This document shows, one piece after another, positions 10,205-19,479 of a stretch of 64,000 nucleotides of DNA; position 1 is the first letter of the stretch; each line of letters starts with the position of its first letter. The stretch comes from Eubacterium sp. (lineage in GTDB: Bacteria > Bacillota > Clostridia > Oscillospirales > Acutalibacteraceae). Below the pieces are notes generated by a model. It saw only the letters and a list, made by a program, of their open reading frames with translations, was not told the origin of the DNA and did no database searches. The stretch spans positions 52,766-116,765 of the forward strand of contig JBJFGE010000039.1 of assembly GCA_051892435.1 (NCBI GenBank), read 5' to 3'. The translations under genes were made by a program, and so were the position numbers.

Positions 10205-11542
10205 TTATTTCTGAGGTCCGTTGAAGCCCTTTTCCTCTTGGAATTTTGCAATCTTATCAATAACTGCAAGGATAACCTCAAAGCCGTCTCCTACTGTTTC
10301 AACGTCAAATCTCTCAGGCATATCTCTCCAGGTATGATAGTAATATGTGAGAACAGGGTTCTGTGCAGCAAAGGTAACAGACTTAATACCTGCCTTGGTA
10401 AGAGGTGTACTGTCACAACCGCCTACAGGATTATGGATACAGTAATCGGTTTTACTCGGTACTCCAACCTCCTTGAAGGACTCCTTAAACATCTGCTCAA
10501 GGTCCTTATCAAAGCGTGTAAACTGCCAATCATCCTTAATAACAACCTCGAAATAATCCTTATCGGCAACAGAGTCGATATTGATATTCCAAGCATTTTT
10601 TGTAAGGTCGTCGTTCTTATGCTCGCTTGCAAATGCCATTGAACCTCTCAAGCCTGCCTCTTCAGAACCGCAGTTAAAATCAACGATACGGCAGTTTTTA
10701 GGCATTTTGTCAGGGTTTTCAGCAAAATACTTTGTTACTGCATAGCTAAGTGCACAGCCTGTTGCATTATCCATAGCACCTCTTGATGCATTTCTCGGAT
10801 GAGGGTCAGCCCACATAATTACAAAGCAGCTGCCTATTGCTGTGATTATGGGAAGAAAACGAAGTATGAATTTGAATATGTAGAATGATTTTGAATACTG
10901 AATAAGGTTAATTGCCCATAAAGCACCGAAATACTCACCTGCATAAATTACAGACATGGCAATGGAAATACCGATAAGCAGGAATACACAAACAGCACCG
11001 AAGCCTACCTTACCGTAGGTTGCTATAATGCCAAGGATTGGCTTATCCTTGTACTTATAAGCGTGCTCGGAATGACGCCAAGTCCAGCTTGTATCAGTAT
11101 GACCTGAAAGAATGATTGTATAATCGTACTTCCCATCAGGAGGAAGAAGCTCACCGTATGTGTTCTGTGAAATCTCCTGTTTAAAGAACATATCAAACCA
11201 AGTCTTGTAAAGAAATACGCTCAAAATAAGCCAAGCAACTACTGCAATACCCGAAAGTGCCATACCGAACCAAAGGGTAGGAATAGAAAGTGCAAGATAT
11301 ACAAGCGCACTCATAATAAGACCAAACCAGCCTGCATACGGAATACCGCCGATTGATGATCTGGGAGAAACTGCGAACTCCTCCTGCTTTGGAGTAATTC
11401 CGATTTCCTTGAGCTTTTCGCCCATATAATCGGCATACTTTTTTTCACCATCAGAGCCGGGAAGTCTTGAGCCAATCTTCTTTGCAGCATAGTCAACTAT
11501 GTCGTAGGCTTCCTGGGCATACTTTCTGTTTTCCTCTTTCAT
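10205..11542 (-). CDS. membrane-associated M28/M20-family metallopeptidase
   Basis: SGHTD, GAMDNATG, SEEAGLRGS, NIDSV, YHT; internal TM segments. Confidence 0.8.
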   Translation of the reverse strand: MKEENRKYAQEAYDIVDYAAKKIGSRLPGSDGEKKYADYMGEKLKEIGITPKQEEFAVSPRSSIGGIPYAGWFGLIMSALVYLALSIPTLWFGMALSGIAVVAWLILSVFLYKTWFDMFFKQEISQNTYGELLPPDGKYDYTIILSGHTDTSWTWRHSEHAYKYKDKPILGIIATYGKVGFGAVCVFLLIGISIAMSVIYAGEYFGALWAINLIQYSKSFYIFKFILRFLPIITAIGSCFVIMWADPHPRNASRGAMDNATGCALSYAVTKYFAENPDKMPKNCRIVDFNCGSEEAGLRGSMAFASEHKNDDLTKNAWNINIDSVADKDYFEVVIKDDWQFTRFDKDLEQMFKESFKEVGVPSKTDYCIHNPVGGCDSTPLTKAGIKSVTFAAQNPVLTYYYHTWRDMPERFDVETVGDGFEVILAVIDKIAKFQEEKGFNGPQK

Positions 11543-11648
11543 TTAAGGACCTCCAAAAAAAATTTTTCCTCTTTTATGACGAGGTATGTCATATCTTTTT
11601 TATATTATCACAATATTTTTCCTTTTTCAATAAAATAGGAATATAAAT

Positions 11649-12893
11649 TTAGTTATCGGACAAATGATGTATGAAAAGTCCTGATAAAAGCTTTGGCTCA
11701 AACCAAGTAGACTTTGGAGGCATAATCAAATCTGCGTCTGCAATAGACATCAAATCGTCAACAGTTGTGGGATACATTGCAAAAGCCACAACCATATCAG
11801 AGCCTACTCTTCTTTCAAGCTCATCAAGTCCTCTTATTCCGCCGATAAAATCTATCCTGTCATCTGTTTTTGGATTTTTAATGTTCAAAACAGGGTCGAG
11901 AAGATTATTTTGAAGAATAGAAACATCAAGCCTTTCTACCGGGTCAGCCTCATTAATAATACTATTCTTTGCAGTAAGACGATACCACTGATTTTCAAGG
12001 AACATACCGAATGTATGCTTTTTCTCAGGGCGGTACTGACCGTTTGATTTCTCTATTTCAAATTTTTCGGAAATCACATTTATAAATTCTTCAACGGTAT
12101 AGCCGTTTAAATCCTTGACAACTCTGTTGTAATCCATAATTTTCAGCTCTTCGTCAGGGAAGGCTACTGCAAGGAAGAAATTAAACTCCTCTGCTCCTGT
12201 GTAATTGGGATATTCCTTTCTTCTCTTCTCTGCCACTCTGACGGCAGAGGCACATCTGTGATGACCGTCGGCAATGTACATAGCCGGTACTTTTTCAAAT
12301 GCAGAAGAAATTTTTTCAACTGCTTCGCTGTCGTCAATAACCCAAACAGTCTGGGCTACATCGTCAGATACAAAATCATATTCGGGATTATGGGCGGATA
12401 TCCATTCTGACACAATATTATTTACAGCGTCATTTTTTCTGTATGTAAGGAAAATCGGACCTGTGTTTGCATCACAGGTGTCAACGTGATTAACACGGTC
12501 CTGTTCCTTTTTAGCCAAGGTGTATTCGTGCTTTTTAATGATATTATTTTGGTAATCATCTATGGAGGCACAGCCTACAATTCCTGTTTGACTTCTGCCA
12601 TTCATTATTTGTCTGTAAATATAAAAGCAGGGTGCTTTGTCCTGAACGAGAAATCCGGAATTTTCAAGATTTAATAGATTTTCTCTTGCTTTTTCATAAA
12701 CGATGCTGCTGTAAACATCTGTATCCTTCGGCAAATCTATCTCCGCCTTGTCAACGTGGAGAAATGAATAAGGATTGTCCTTTACTGTCTCTCTCGCCTC
12801 GTCGCTGTTCATAACGTCATATGGCAAAGCAGGAATAAGGGACTGCTTTGATTTTTCCGGCCTGTAGGCTTTAAAGCCTCTGAATACTGCCAT
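11649..12893 (-). CDS. DUF1015 family protein
   Basis: PYDV, IKKHE.T, YIADGHHR, MPPKSTWFEPKL.SGL. Confidence 0.88.
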   Translation of the reverse strand: MAVFRGFKAYRPEKSKQSLIPALPYDVMNSDEARETVKDNPYSFLHVDKAEIDLPKDTDVYSSIVYEKARENLLNLENSGFLVQDKAPCFYIYRQIMNGRSQTGIVGCASIDDYQNNIIKKHEYTLAKKEQDRVNHVDTCDANTGPIFLTYRKNDAVNNIVSEWISAHNPEYDFVSDDVAQTVWVIDDSEAVEKISSAFEKVPAMYIADGHHRCASAVRVAEKRRKEYPNYTGAEEFNFFLAVAFPDEELKIMDYNRVVKDLNGYTVEEFINVISEKFEIEKSNGQYRPEKKHTFGMFLENQWYRLTAKNSIINEADPVERLDVSILQNNLLDPVLNIKNPKTDDRIDFIGGIRGLDELERRVGSDMVVAFAMYPTTVDDLMSIADADLIMPPKSTWFEPKLLSGLFIHHLSDN

Positions 12894-12911
12894 AAGCTAC
12901 CTCACAATCAG

Positions 12912-13676
12912 TTAAATATTTTTTTCGTAAATCATACGCAAGCCGTCAATAAGAAGATTTTTATCAACGATTACGTCTGTTTCGCAGTATTTTGCAATAA
13001 CACCGCCAAGTCCTCCGGTGATAACTACTGTTGCTTTTTCGCCAAGCTCCTGCTCAAATCTTTTAACAAGACCGTCAATCATAGCCGCAGTGCCGAAAAC
13101 AGTACCGCTTCGCATACAATCAATAGTATTTGTTCCGATAGCACTTTTAGGTGCTACAATTTCAATCTGAGGAAGCTGTGCCGTACCTGACGCAAGTGCC
13201 GCCAGCGACGTTTTTACTCCGCACATAATTGAACAGCCCACAAAGCAACCGCTTTTATCAATAACGGAGGCCGTAGTTGCAGTGCCCAAATCAAAAATAA
13301 TCTGAGGACAGGGATACTTTGCAATACTTGCAACAGCACCGACTACCATATCTGCACCGAGCTCAGCAGGGTTATTTGTTTTTATATTAAGTCCTGTTTT
13401 TATTCCGGGACCTATCACTATAGGCTTTTTACCCGTAATGAGCATAATCGCCTTAGATATTGTTCTGTTAAGAGGAGGAACAACCGAAGATAATGCACTG
13501 CCCTCTATTTCCTCAGGCTTAATTTTACATATTTCAAGAATACTGTTAAGCTTTATTGCATATTCTTCAGCCGAATCATCAACAGCTGTTGACAGGCGAC
13601 ACTCATTAACAAGCCTTTCGCCCTCAAGAAAGCCTAAAACAATATTCGTATTTCCTACATCTACAGCAAGAATCAT
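12912..13676 (-). CDS. coaX: type III pantothenate kinase
   Basis: LAVDVGNTNIV, LSSVVP, LGAD, DLGTATT, TGG. Confidence 0.92.
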   Translation of the reverse strand: MILAVDVGNTNIVLGFLEGERLVNECRLSTAVDDSAEEYAIKLNSILEICKIKPEEIEGSALSSVVPPLNRTISKAIMLITGKKPIVIGPGIKTGLNIKTNNPAELGADMVVGAVASIAKYPCPQIIFDLGTATTASVIDKSGCFVGCSIMCGVKTSLAALASGTAQLPQIEIVAPKSAIGTNTIDCMRSGTVFGTAAMIDGLVKRFEQELGEKATVVITGGLGGVIAKYCETDVIVDKNLLIDGLRMIYEKNI

Positions 13677-14239
13677 AATTTTTCCTTTCTGCCGATTTTA
13701 ACAAGCTTAACAATAGTAGGTGAAAGAATAATATTTGCACCAAGCTCAAACAGGAAATTAGCACCTACCAAGCCTACAAGCATATACTCAAGTACATTTG
13801 TACCTGCTGCCCATTCCTTGATGGTTTCAAAGAAGAAAAGTCGGCATCCGATTAAGAATACACCCGTATTTACAACAGGGCAAACAATGGCAGAGGTTAT
13901 AACAGCTGCAATTCTGTTTTTCTTTTCAATCAGACTGTAAACAAAGCCTGCACAAAGACCTGCCAGCATACCTTTGAGAAGAACGGTAACAACTGTTCCG
14001 ATAGGGTTTATTGCAAGAAATGCTCCTGCATCACCTGAAAGAAGCACAGCAACGCCGAAAGCAAGACCAAGCCAGCCGCCTGCCATTTTTCCGTAAAGTG
14101 CCGCACCGACAGCAATGGGAATAAGTACAAGGGAGATTGAGAACGGGCCAAATCTGATGAAGCTTCCTAAAAGCTGAAGTACAACAACAATTGCTGTAAG
14201 CAGTCCTATCCCTGCGATTTTCTTTGTGTTTTGTTTCAT
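13673..14239 (-). CDS. ECF transporter S component, probably pantothenate (PanT-like)
   Basis: Small, very hydrophobic protein (IP.AVGA.LYG, VNTGVF); overlaps the coaX start by 4 nt. Confidence 0.75.
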   Translation of the reverse strand: MKQNTKKIAGIGLLTAIVVVLQLLGSFIRFGPFSISLVLIPIAVGAALYGKMAGGWLGLAFGVAVLLSGDAGAFLAINPIGTVVTVLLKGMLAGLCAGFVYSLIEKKNRIAAVITSAIVCPVVNTGVFLIGCRLFFFETIKEWAAGTNVLEYMLVGLVGANFLFELGANIILSPTIVKLVKIGRKEKL

Positions 14240-14400
14240 AATTAAATTTTCCTTTCTGCTACTGTTCCATAGGCTCAGACATTAAAACACCAAAATATCT
14301 TAACCCGACAATTATTATTTTTGTCTGCGGATACAATGCATTGCTATTATATTATAATATTAATTCGTTGTAAAGTGAAAAGTTTGAATCATTCAAAACA

Positions 14401-14445
14401 AAAATAACCACGAACGAGATTAACAAATCAAGTTCGTGGCATTTT
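14401..14445 (-). terminator. terminator closing the phage-like operon
   Basis: ccacgaac...gttcgtgg stem (14408-14439) just after the last stop codon, followed by a U-rich tract on the minus strand. Confidence 0.6.
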
Positions 14446-14928
14446 TTACCTGAACATTATGTAGGTATATGTAACTCCTGATTGATTAAGGCAAACATAC
14501 TCGTTTTTATATGACGCAGTAACGTCCTGCGTTACGTTAATGGTTGTGCCGTCCTCTCCTATCGACAAATTCGCCATAGAAGAGATTTGTGACGCAAAGC
14601 CAATATAATTATACTTCCTGCTTTCGTCAAAATCAGAATAGCTGGCAGGTCTCGCCGAGGCAAAAACCAAAACAAATTTTGGCTCAAAGGGACAATCGGT
14701 AGTTATACTCCTGTTCAATTCACCGTTTCCGAAATACAGACCGTAGTGAACACCTGCATTCCAAACTTCCCTTTCTTCTGCTGTTATATGAGACACCGAG
14801 TCAGACATATGCTCGGTAACAGTTTTTTCTATCATCTGGTTATCATAGTTAAAATCCGACCTGAGTGGCTTATCGGAAGCCGACCACTGATTAAGCTTAA
14901 GCACTGATGTTTTATTTGTACTGCTCAT
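14446..14928 (-). CDS. short tail-fibre / receptor-binding-like protein
   Basis: N-terminal KT..LKLNQW...DKPLRSDFNYDN resembles Bacillota phage fibre N-termini; last gene after the baseplate genes. Confidence 0.55.
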   Translation of the reverse strand: MSSTNKTSVLKLNQWSASDKPLRSDFNYDNQMIEKTVTEHMSDSVSHITAEEREVWNAGVHYGLYFGNGELNRSITTDCPFEPKFVLVFASARPASYSDFDESRKYNYIGFASQISSMANLSIGEDGTTINVTQDVTASYKNEYVCLNQSGVTYTYIMFR

Positions 14929-14938
14929 AAAATCCTCC

Positions 14939-15502
14939 TTATAATTTCATTGTATCAAGCATCGAAAAAGGTGCGCCGATATAATCAAAGGACTGAAAGC
15001 TCATTTCAAGTGTTTCCCATTCTTGAAAGGTCAGTCCCGAACCTGTAAGCTTTAAATATACAAAAGGCGGCAAATAATACTCAAGCATTTTCATAATCAC
15101 ATGAAGCTGCAAGATATTACTGCTGCTTATACCGTGAAACGCAATTTCAAAATTATCAGTAACAATATAAAATTTGTTTCCGAAGGTTTTGTAATATGAA
15201 ATAAATTCATCGGCACAAAATTCATTGTATATTTCGGAAAGCTTTTCTTTTATCTGATTTTTCTTCTCCTCATAGCTAAAATAACTATATATGTCAAGAA
15301 GAGCACAGTATTTATCAATCGTTTCCTCTGACATCGTATCTAAATATTGCTGATTTTTAATTTCGTCGTAATAATTTTTTATAAGCTCGAAGCCTGAGGC
15401 ACAGGCGTATAGCAAGGATATAAGCCGTAAATCATCATCTATATCAGGTACGATTTTATTTACAAGAGAATAAAGTCTTTCAAAAGCATTCAAATTACTC
15501 AT
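14939..15502 (-). CDS. baseplate wedge protein (Mu gp48/XkdU/DUF2313-like)
   Basis: Position after baseplate J; ..YYLPPFV.. motif; size 187 aa. Confidence 0.5.
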   Translation of the reverse strand: MSNLNAFERLYSLVNKIVPDIDDDLRLISLLYACASGFELIKNYYDEIKNQQYLDTMSEETIDKYCALLDIYSYFSYEEKKNQIKEKLSEIYNEFCADEFISYYKTFGNKFYIVTDNFEIAFHGISSSNILQLHVIMKMLEYYLPPFVYLKLTGSGLTFQEWETLEMSFQSFDYIGAPFSMLDTMKL

Positions 15503-16571
15503 TATCGCAATTCACCACCAAATTTGAAAGAATTAAATATGCTTTAGACGGACAAACGAATTCTCCGTTGACAATATGACTGCTGTAAAATCTCACATCG
15601 TAAATATCCTCATTTCTGAGTAGCTCTTTTGTGATTTTTGAAACCGAAATTGATTTTCCGATTTTTCTCTCACTGAATATTTCCTCAATAACATTTTTGG
15701 CAAAATTCGATACTTCGTTTTTATCAGCCATCGAAGAAATAGTTAAATCAACCGTAATATTAACCGAGGATACGGACGCACGATCAATCACCACTGTCAG
15801 TCCTGCCATATCGGCAAATCCAATACAATCTCTGATTTCCATTGTGCGGTCAGCAGTGATACTCTGACCGTCGTTTAAACGCACAACAATTTCTGTTATT
15901 CCTTTGCTTTGTGCGTCTAACACCCTGCAATCTGATATGTAGTCTAATTTTTCAATTTTATTTTCAATTGATGCCTTTCCTATTCCGTTAGCAGGAATTG
16001 TATAATTTTTGATAATTCTTTTCCTAAAGGCACTATCGGACTCAATATCACTTCCGCCTGAAAACTCACTTTCATTCGTAACATTTTCCACCATAACAGG
16101 AGCATTTACCATAACGGTGATTTCTCCTGCCAAGGCGTTATACTCCTCGCCTCCGGCAAGTGCCTGTGCAGGCACCTCAACGCTCAGCTCACCTGCCGAA
16201 ATAACTGCATCCTCCGTAGTTTCAAACTGAATATACGGCTTTGAGCAAACAGAACAGACCGTACCTTTGCTAATCTGTATATCCTCCTCTGACGCTTGAG
16301 CATTATAGAATTTTAATGTTCCTATAGCCTTTGTTTCACCCTTTCGGGTACAGTCTCTCATTTCACCCAGCATATCAAGATATTCACCTGTAGCAGTTTG
16401 AACAAAAGACTGTTTTAAAATATAGTCCCCTTGGCAGGACAAGCTGTAAAGCTCACTTGCAAGTGCCTCAATAACTTTCTCCTCAAAAGAGCCCGTGTCA
16501 GGATTTTCTCCGCATTTTTCAAAAAAAGCACCTCTCATATTGCTTTCAATTTCATCATAGGTCAGTCTCAT
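15495..16571 (-). CDS. baseplate J / Mu gp47 / XkdT-like protein
   Basis: QSFVQTATGEYLD..GE.R...RK, A.A..GG..YN...GEI, GGSDIESDSAFRKRI. Confidence 0.9.
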   Translation of the reverse strand: MRLTYDEIESNMRGAFFEKCGENPDTGSFEEKVIEALASELYSLSCQGDYILKQSFVQTATGEYLDMLGEMRDCTRKGETKAIGTLKFYNAQASEEDIQISKGTVCSVCSKPYIQFETTEDAVISAGELSVEVPAQALAGGEEYNALAGEITVMVNAPVMVENVTNESEFSGGSDIESDSAFRKRIIKNYTIPANGIGKASIENKIEKLDYISDCRVLDAQSKGITEIVVRLNDGQSITADRTMEIRDCIGFADMAGLTVVIDRASVSSVNITVDLTISSMADKNEVSNFAKNVIEEIFSERKIGKSISVSKITKELLRNEDIYDVRFYSSHIVNGEFVCPSKAYLILSNLVVNCDNE

Positions 16572-16851
16572 ATGGTATTGTCACCGTCCTTTCTTCATCA
16601 TTAATCAATAGGTTAAAGGTTATCTCAGACTGTTCCTTTTTTACTGATTTTACATAGACACCGTCAAAATCAGACAGTCCCTGTCTTGCATATGCCAAAA
16701 GGTATTCCTCACTTAAATCCTTATACAGTCTTATCTGACTGCCGTAATCCTTTTTGGGATAAAACCTTTTTCTCGGGCAATAAAGCGAACAGACACAATC
16801 TGACAAAAGCTTCTCAGCTTCATCGACAGTCTGAAAATTACTGAGCGTCAT
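16555..16851 (-). CDS. small baseplate protein (gp25/gp46/XkdS-like)
   Basis: 98 aa with an FYP..DYGS motif, between spike and baseplate J. Confidence 0.5.
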   Translation of the reverse strand: MTLSNFQTVDEAEKLLSDCVCSLYCPRKRFYPKKDYGSQIRLYKDLSEEYLLAYARQGLSDFDGVYVKSVKKEQSEITFNLLINDEERTVTIPYETDL

Positions 16852-17198
16852 TCGATTACCCCTTTTCTATTTATTTTTAAGCCGTTAATAATAACGCTTC
16901 CGTCATTTTTCAGATAAATATATCCTCCCGATGCACAGGTGATTTTTATTTCTCCCTCGTTGATAGACTCTGCGTTCATTTGGGTGGCAAAGGAGATTTG
17001 CTCTCCTGCACTTCTCGCCATTAGGATTTCACTTCCTGAGGGTAGAGAAAAAGCATAGCCATATGGAGAATAAACCTTAACGCTTCTTTGAACACCTGTT
17101 GAAACAGCCTCAACCTCGCCCTTGTCGTTAAGCGTAACTCTGCCGTTTTCAATAGCAGATGACTCAGCCTTTTCCGACAATTGCTTACTAATCCACAT
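16848..17198 (-). CDS. baseplate spike-like protein (Mu gp45/gpV-like), short
   Basis: YSPYGY...P..G, GEIKI...GGYIYLKNDGSVIING beta-repeat; start at ATG 17198 (MWISK). Confidence 0.6.
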   Translation of the reverse strand: MWISKQLSEKAESSAIENGRVTLNDKGEVEAVSTGVQRSVKVYSPYGYAFSLPSGSEILMARSAGEQISFATQMNAESINEGEIKITCASGGYIYLKNDGSVIINGLKINRKGVIE

Positions 17199-18132
17199 AA
17201 ACCATTTCCTCCATATCAATATTCTTTCTGAGAACAAGCCTTGTTTTTTCGTTTCCGTTATCAAAGATATATTTCTTTTCGGTCAGAATGTAGTCATCAA
17301 ATGATCCGACTTCTCCACTATAGGAAAAACGCTGATAAAGCCTTTCACTAACTACTCCCTTTACTGTTATTTCGAGAAGCATATAGTCATTAAAAAAGCC
17401 CTTCATTTTTTGTGAAACAGCAGTCGTTCTCTGCCACTGTGCAACAGAATTAATATTTACATAACGTGTTCTGTTAAGTCCCTTTTCCATTGCAAGCTTT
17501 GAAATATAATGGGTTATATAATCAGTGTCCTGCTCTCTCTTGTAGCAAATTTCTCCCACCGGCTCACTTCTGTTAATAACCGCAGACGCGGACAAAACAG
17601 TATACCCATTAAGACTTCTCACGTCCTCGCTTACAGTACCTAAGCAAATTTTGTTTTCCGGAGTGATAATCATTTCACATCCTGTCAAGGCTGACACAAA
17701 ATTATTAATAGCACCGAAGCATGAGGTACCTGACGATACCTCATACTTTTCGTTACAGGAGATTTCCGGCATTGAATATTCAAATCCCAAGGCTCTTGCA
17801 TATTCAGCCCAAAGCTGTCTTGCAGAAGGGCAGTTGAACGTGAAAGGCTTTGACTGACTGTCAACAAGAATGCTCACAGATGACCTTGCATAGATATATG
17901 TCTCAAAGCCACTTGAATCAGCCGTAACTCTTTGACAGTCACAAAATCCGTTAAAAACAGCACTGCTTTCGGAATATGCTTTGACGCTGACAATTTCACC
18001 GATTTTCTCCTTGCTTTTAAATTTAAAGCAAAGAGATGCACAGGCAACGCCCACTGTTTCGGTAATAATAATCTGCGTCAAATCCTTCACATGATATTCC
18101 TTGCCGTCAATATCTGTCATTTGAATTTTCAC
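17188..18132 (-). CDS. baseplate hub protein (Mu gp44/gpD/XkdQ-like)
   Basis: 314 aa; VFNGFCD..., YARS..SILVD pattern; position between LysM gene and spike. Confidence 0.6.
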   Translation of the reverse strand: MKIQMTDIDGKEYHVKDLTQIIITETVGVACASLCFKFKSKEKIGEIVSVKAYSESSAVFNGFCDCQRVTADSSGFETYIYARSSVSILVDSQSKPFTFNCPSARQLWAEYARALGFEYSMPEISCNEKYEVSSGTSCFGAINNFVSALTGCEMIITPENKICLGTVSEDVRSLNGYTVLSASAVINRSEPVGEICYKREQDTDYITHYISKLAMEKGLNRTRYVNINSVAQWQRTTAVSQKMKGFFNDYMLLEITVKGVVSERLYQRFSYSGEVGSFDDYILTEKKYIFDNGNEKTRLVLRKNIDMEEMVYVD

Positions 18133-18643
18133 GTATTCTTATCCTCCCTCCCGAAGCAATGTCAAAAGGAGTTGCAATATCATTAAAACGCATAATATCA
18201 TCAACGCTGACACCACACCTGTCGGCAATATCAAAAGCGTTTTCGTCATTTTCGGCAACAGTAAACAGAAACTTCTTTTCAACCGACACCTTGTTACAAT
18301 CCTCTACAAAGGAAAAGCTGTAGCAAATGCCGTTATTTTTACTGTCAAGCTGATATGAAAAATCAGACAAAAACGCCTTTATCGGATACACGCCCGGGCA
18401 AAAAAGCCAATCTGACTTTTTTGATTTCATCATTCTTGAAAGTCGCTGACAGTAATGAATTGCGTTTTCAGAAAAAAACATACCGTTTCCCGAAATCACT
18501 GTTGGCTTATCCGTAATTTTTTCGGTTTTACTTTTCCCGCCGTATACAGGACTGTAAATCACCGTTGAAGAAATTTCAGCCTTGATTACTTTTGGATTTG
18601 ACGGAAATTCAAAATCCCCGAATTTCATTCTGATTTCACTCAT
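18107..18643 (-). CDS. tail/baseplate initiator with C-terminal LysM domain (XkdP/gpU-X-like)
   Basis: MKFGDFEFPSNP N-terminus; C-terminal ENAFDIADRCGVSVDDIMRFN.I..P.DIASG is LysM-like. Confidence 0.7.
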   Translation of the reverse strand: MSEIRMKFGDFEFPSNPKVIKAEISSTVIYSPVYGGKSKTEKITDKPTVISGNGMFFSENAIHYCQRLSRMMKSKKSDWLFCPGVYPIKAFLSDFSYQLDSKNNGICYSFSFVEDCNKVSVEKKFLFTVAENDENAFDIADRCGVSVDDIMRFNDIATPFDIASGGRIRIRENSNDRY

Positions 18644-18729
18644 CACTTTTCAGCGGAGCCATCATATCTTTTTCCGTCAAGTCTGAATATTTCGCTTAAA
18701 TTCTCTGCCTGTTCAATTTCATCATTCAC
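18643..18729 (-). CDS. 28-aa mini-ORF (MNDEIEQAENLSEIFRLDGKRYDGSAEK), below the ORF-track cutoff
   Basis: GTG start about 7 nt after a GGAGGT SD; overlaps the upstream stop; its TGA overlaps the next ATG (TGATG). Confidence 0.55.
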   Translation of the reverse strand: MNDEIEQAENLSEIFRLDGKRYDGSAEK

Positions 18730-19141
18730 CGCTGCCACCTCCAAACATAATTTCTCCGTTAAATGCAACTTCAGTTTTCATAATATATGACGCCGTCTCC
18801 TTGTTTGCATATGTTCTCTGTGCCGATATAGCCACTACATTATAGCAATTTGCCACTTCACAAATATGGGTGAAAATTTCACAGGCCATCTTACTGTCAT
18901 TACCGAAGGGAACAAATATATCAACAAATATTTTCACCTGACCATACCTGCTGCTTTCACCTATTCTATCGGACTCAAGGGAAATATCCGAAAAGCCTAC
19001 AGCAATAATGCATTCCTTTAGTTCGGTAGGTCTGAAAGCATAAGGATACGCACTGATAATTTTAATTTCATCAAAATAGCTGTCTTTTCTCAACGCCAAA
19101 ACGAACTCATCAAGAAGGGATTTAATATTCAACATATTCAT
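18722..19141 (-). CDS. putative neck / tail-terminator-like protein
   Basis: 139 aa, third small gene after the capsid gene; assigned by position only. Confidence 0.45.
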   Translation of the reverse strand: MNMLNIKSLLDEFVLALRKDSYFDEIKIISAYPYAFRPTELKECIIAVGFSDISLESDRIGESSRYGQVKIFVDIFVPFGNDSKMACEIFTHICEVANCYNVVAISAQRTYANKETASYIMKTEVAFNGEIMFGGGSGE

Positions 19142-19478
19142 TCTCCTTAATCTTTTTAAGTATGCCTGTAAAATAAATTATCTCATCATCAATCCTTACA
19201 GCATCACGTCTTGTAAAGCTGAATGATGTATTGTCATAAACAACACGTCCCTTTTCTGACAAAGCAGTTATATCGTGACCGCAGGGACCGATGTAAAGAT
19301 AATATTCTCTGCTTTCGGCACCGATTTCGGTATAAATCGGCTCAAAGGCTGAGCTTTTACGCCTCCACAGCGGATAGATATATGCCTTAAAGGGCATTGA
19401 TGTCCATTCTCCGTCAGTCAGATATATCCGATTTCCGATTTTTTCAAGCTGTTTTTTTATTATGTATGGCTTATTCAT
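19122..19478 (-). CDS. putative head-closure protein
   Basis: About 118 aa beta-rich protein (YLYIGP), second gene after the capsid gene; start MNKPY after GAGG. Confidence 0.45.
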   Translation of the reverse strand: MNKPYIIKKQLEKIGNRIYLTDGEWTSMPFKAYIYPLWRRKSSAFEPIYTEIGAESREYYLYIGPCGHDITALSEKGRVVYDNTSFSFTRRDAVRIDDEIIYFTGILKKIKENEYVEY

Positions 19479-19479
19479 A

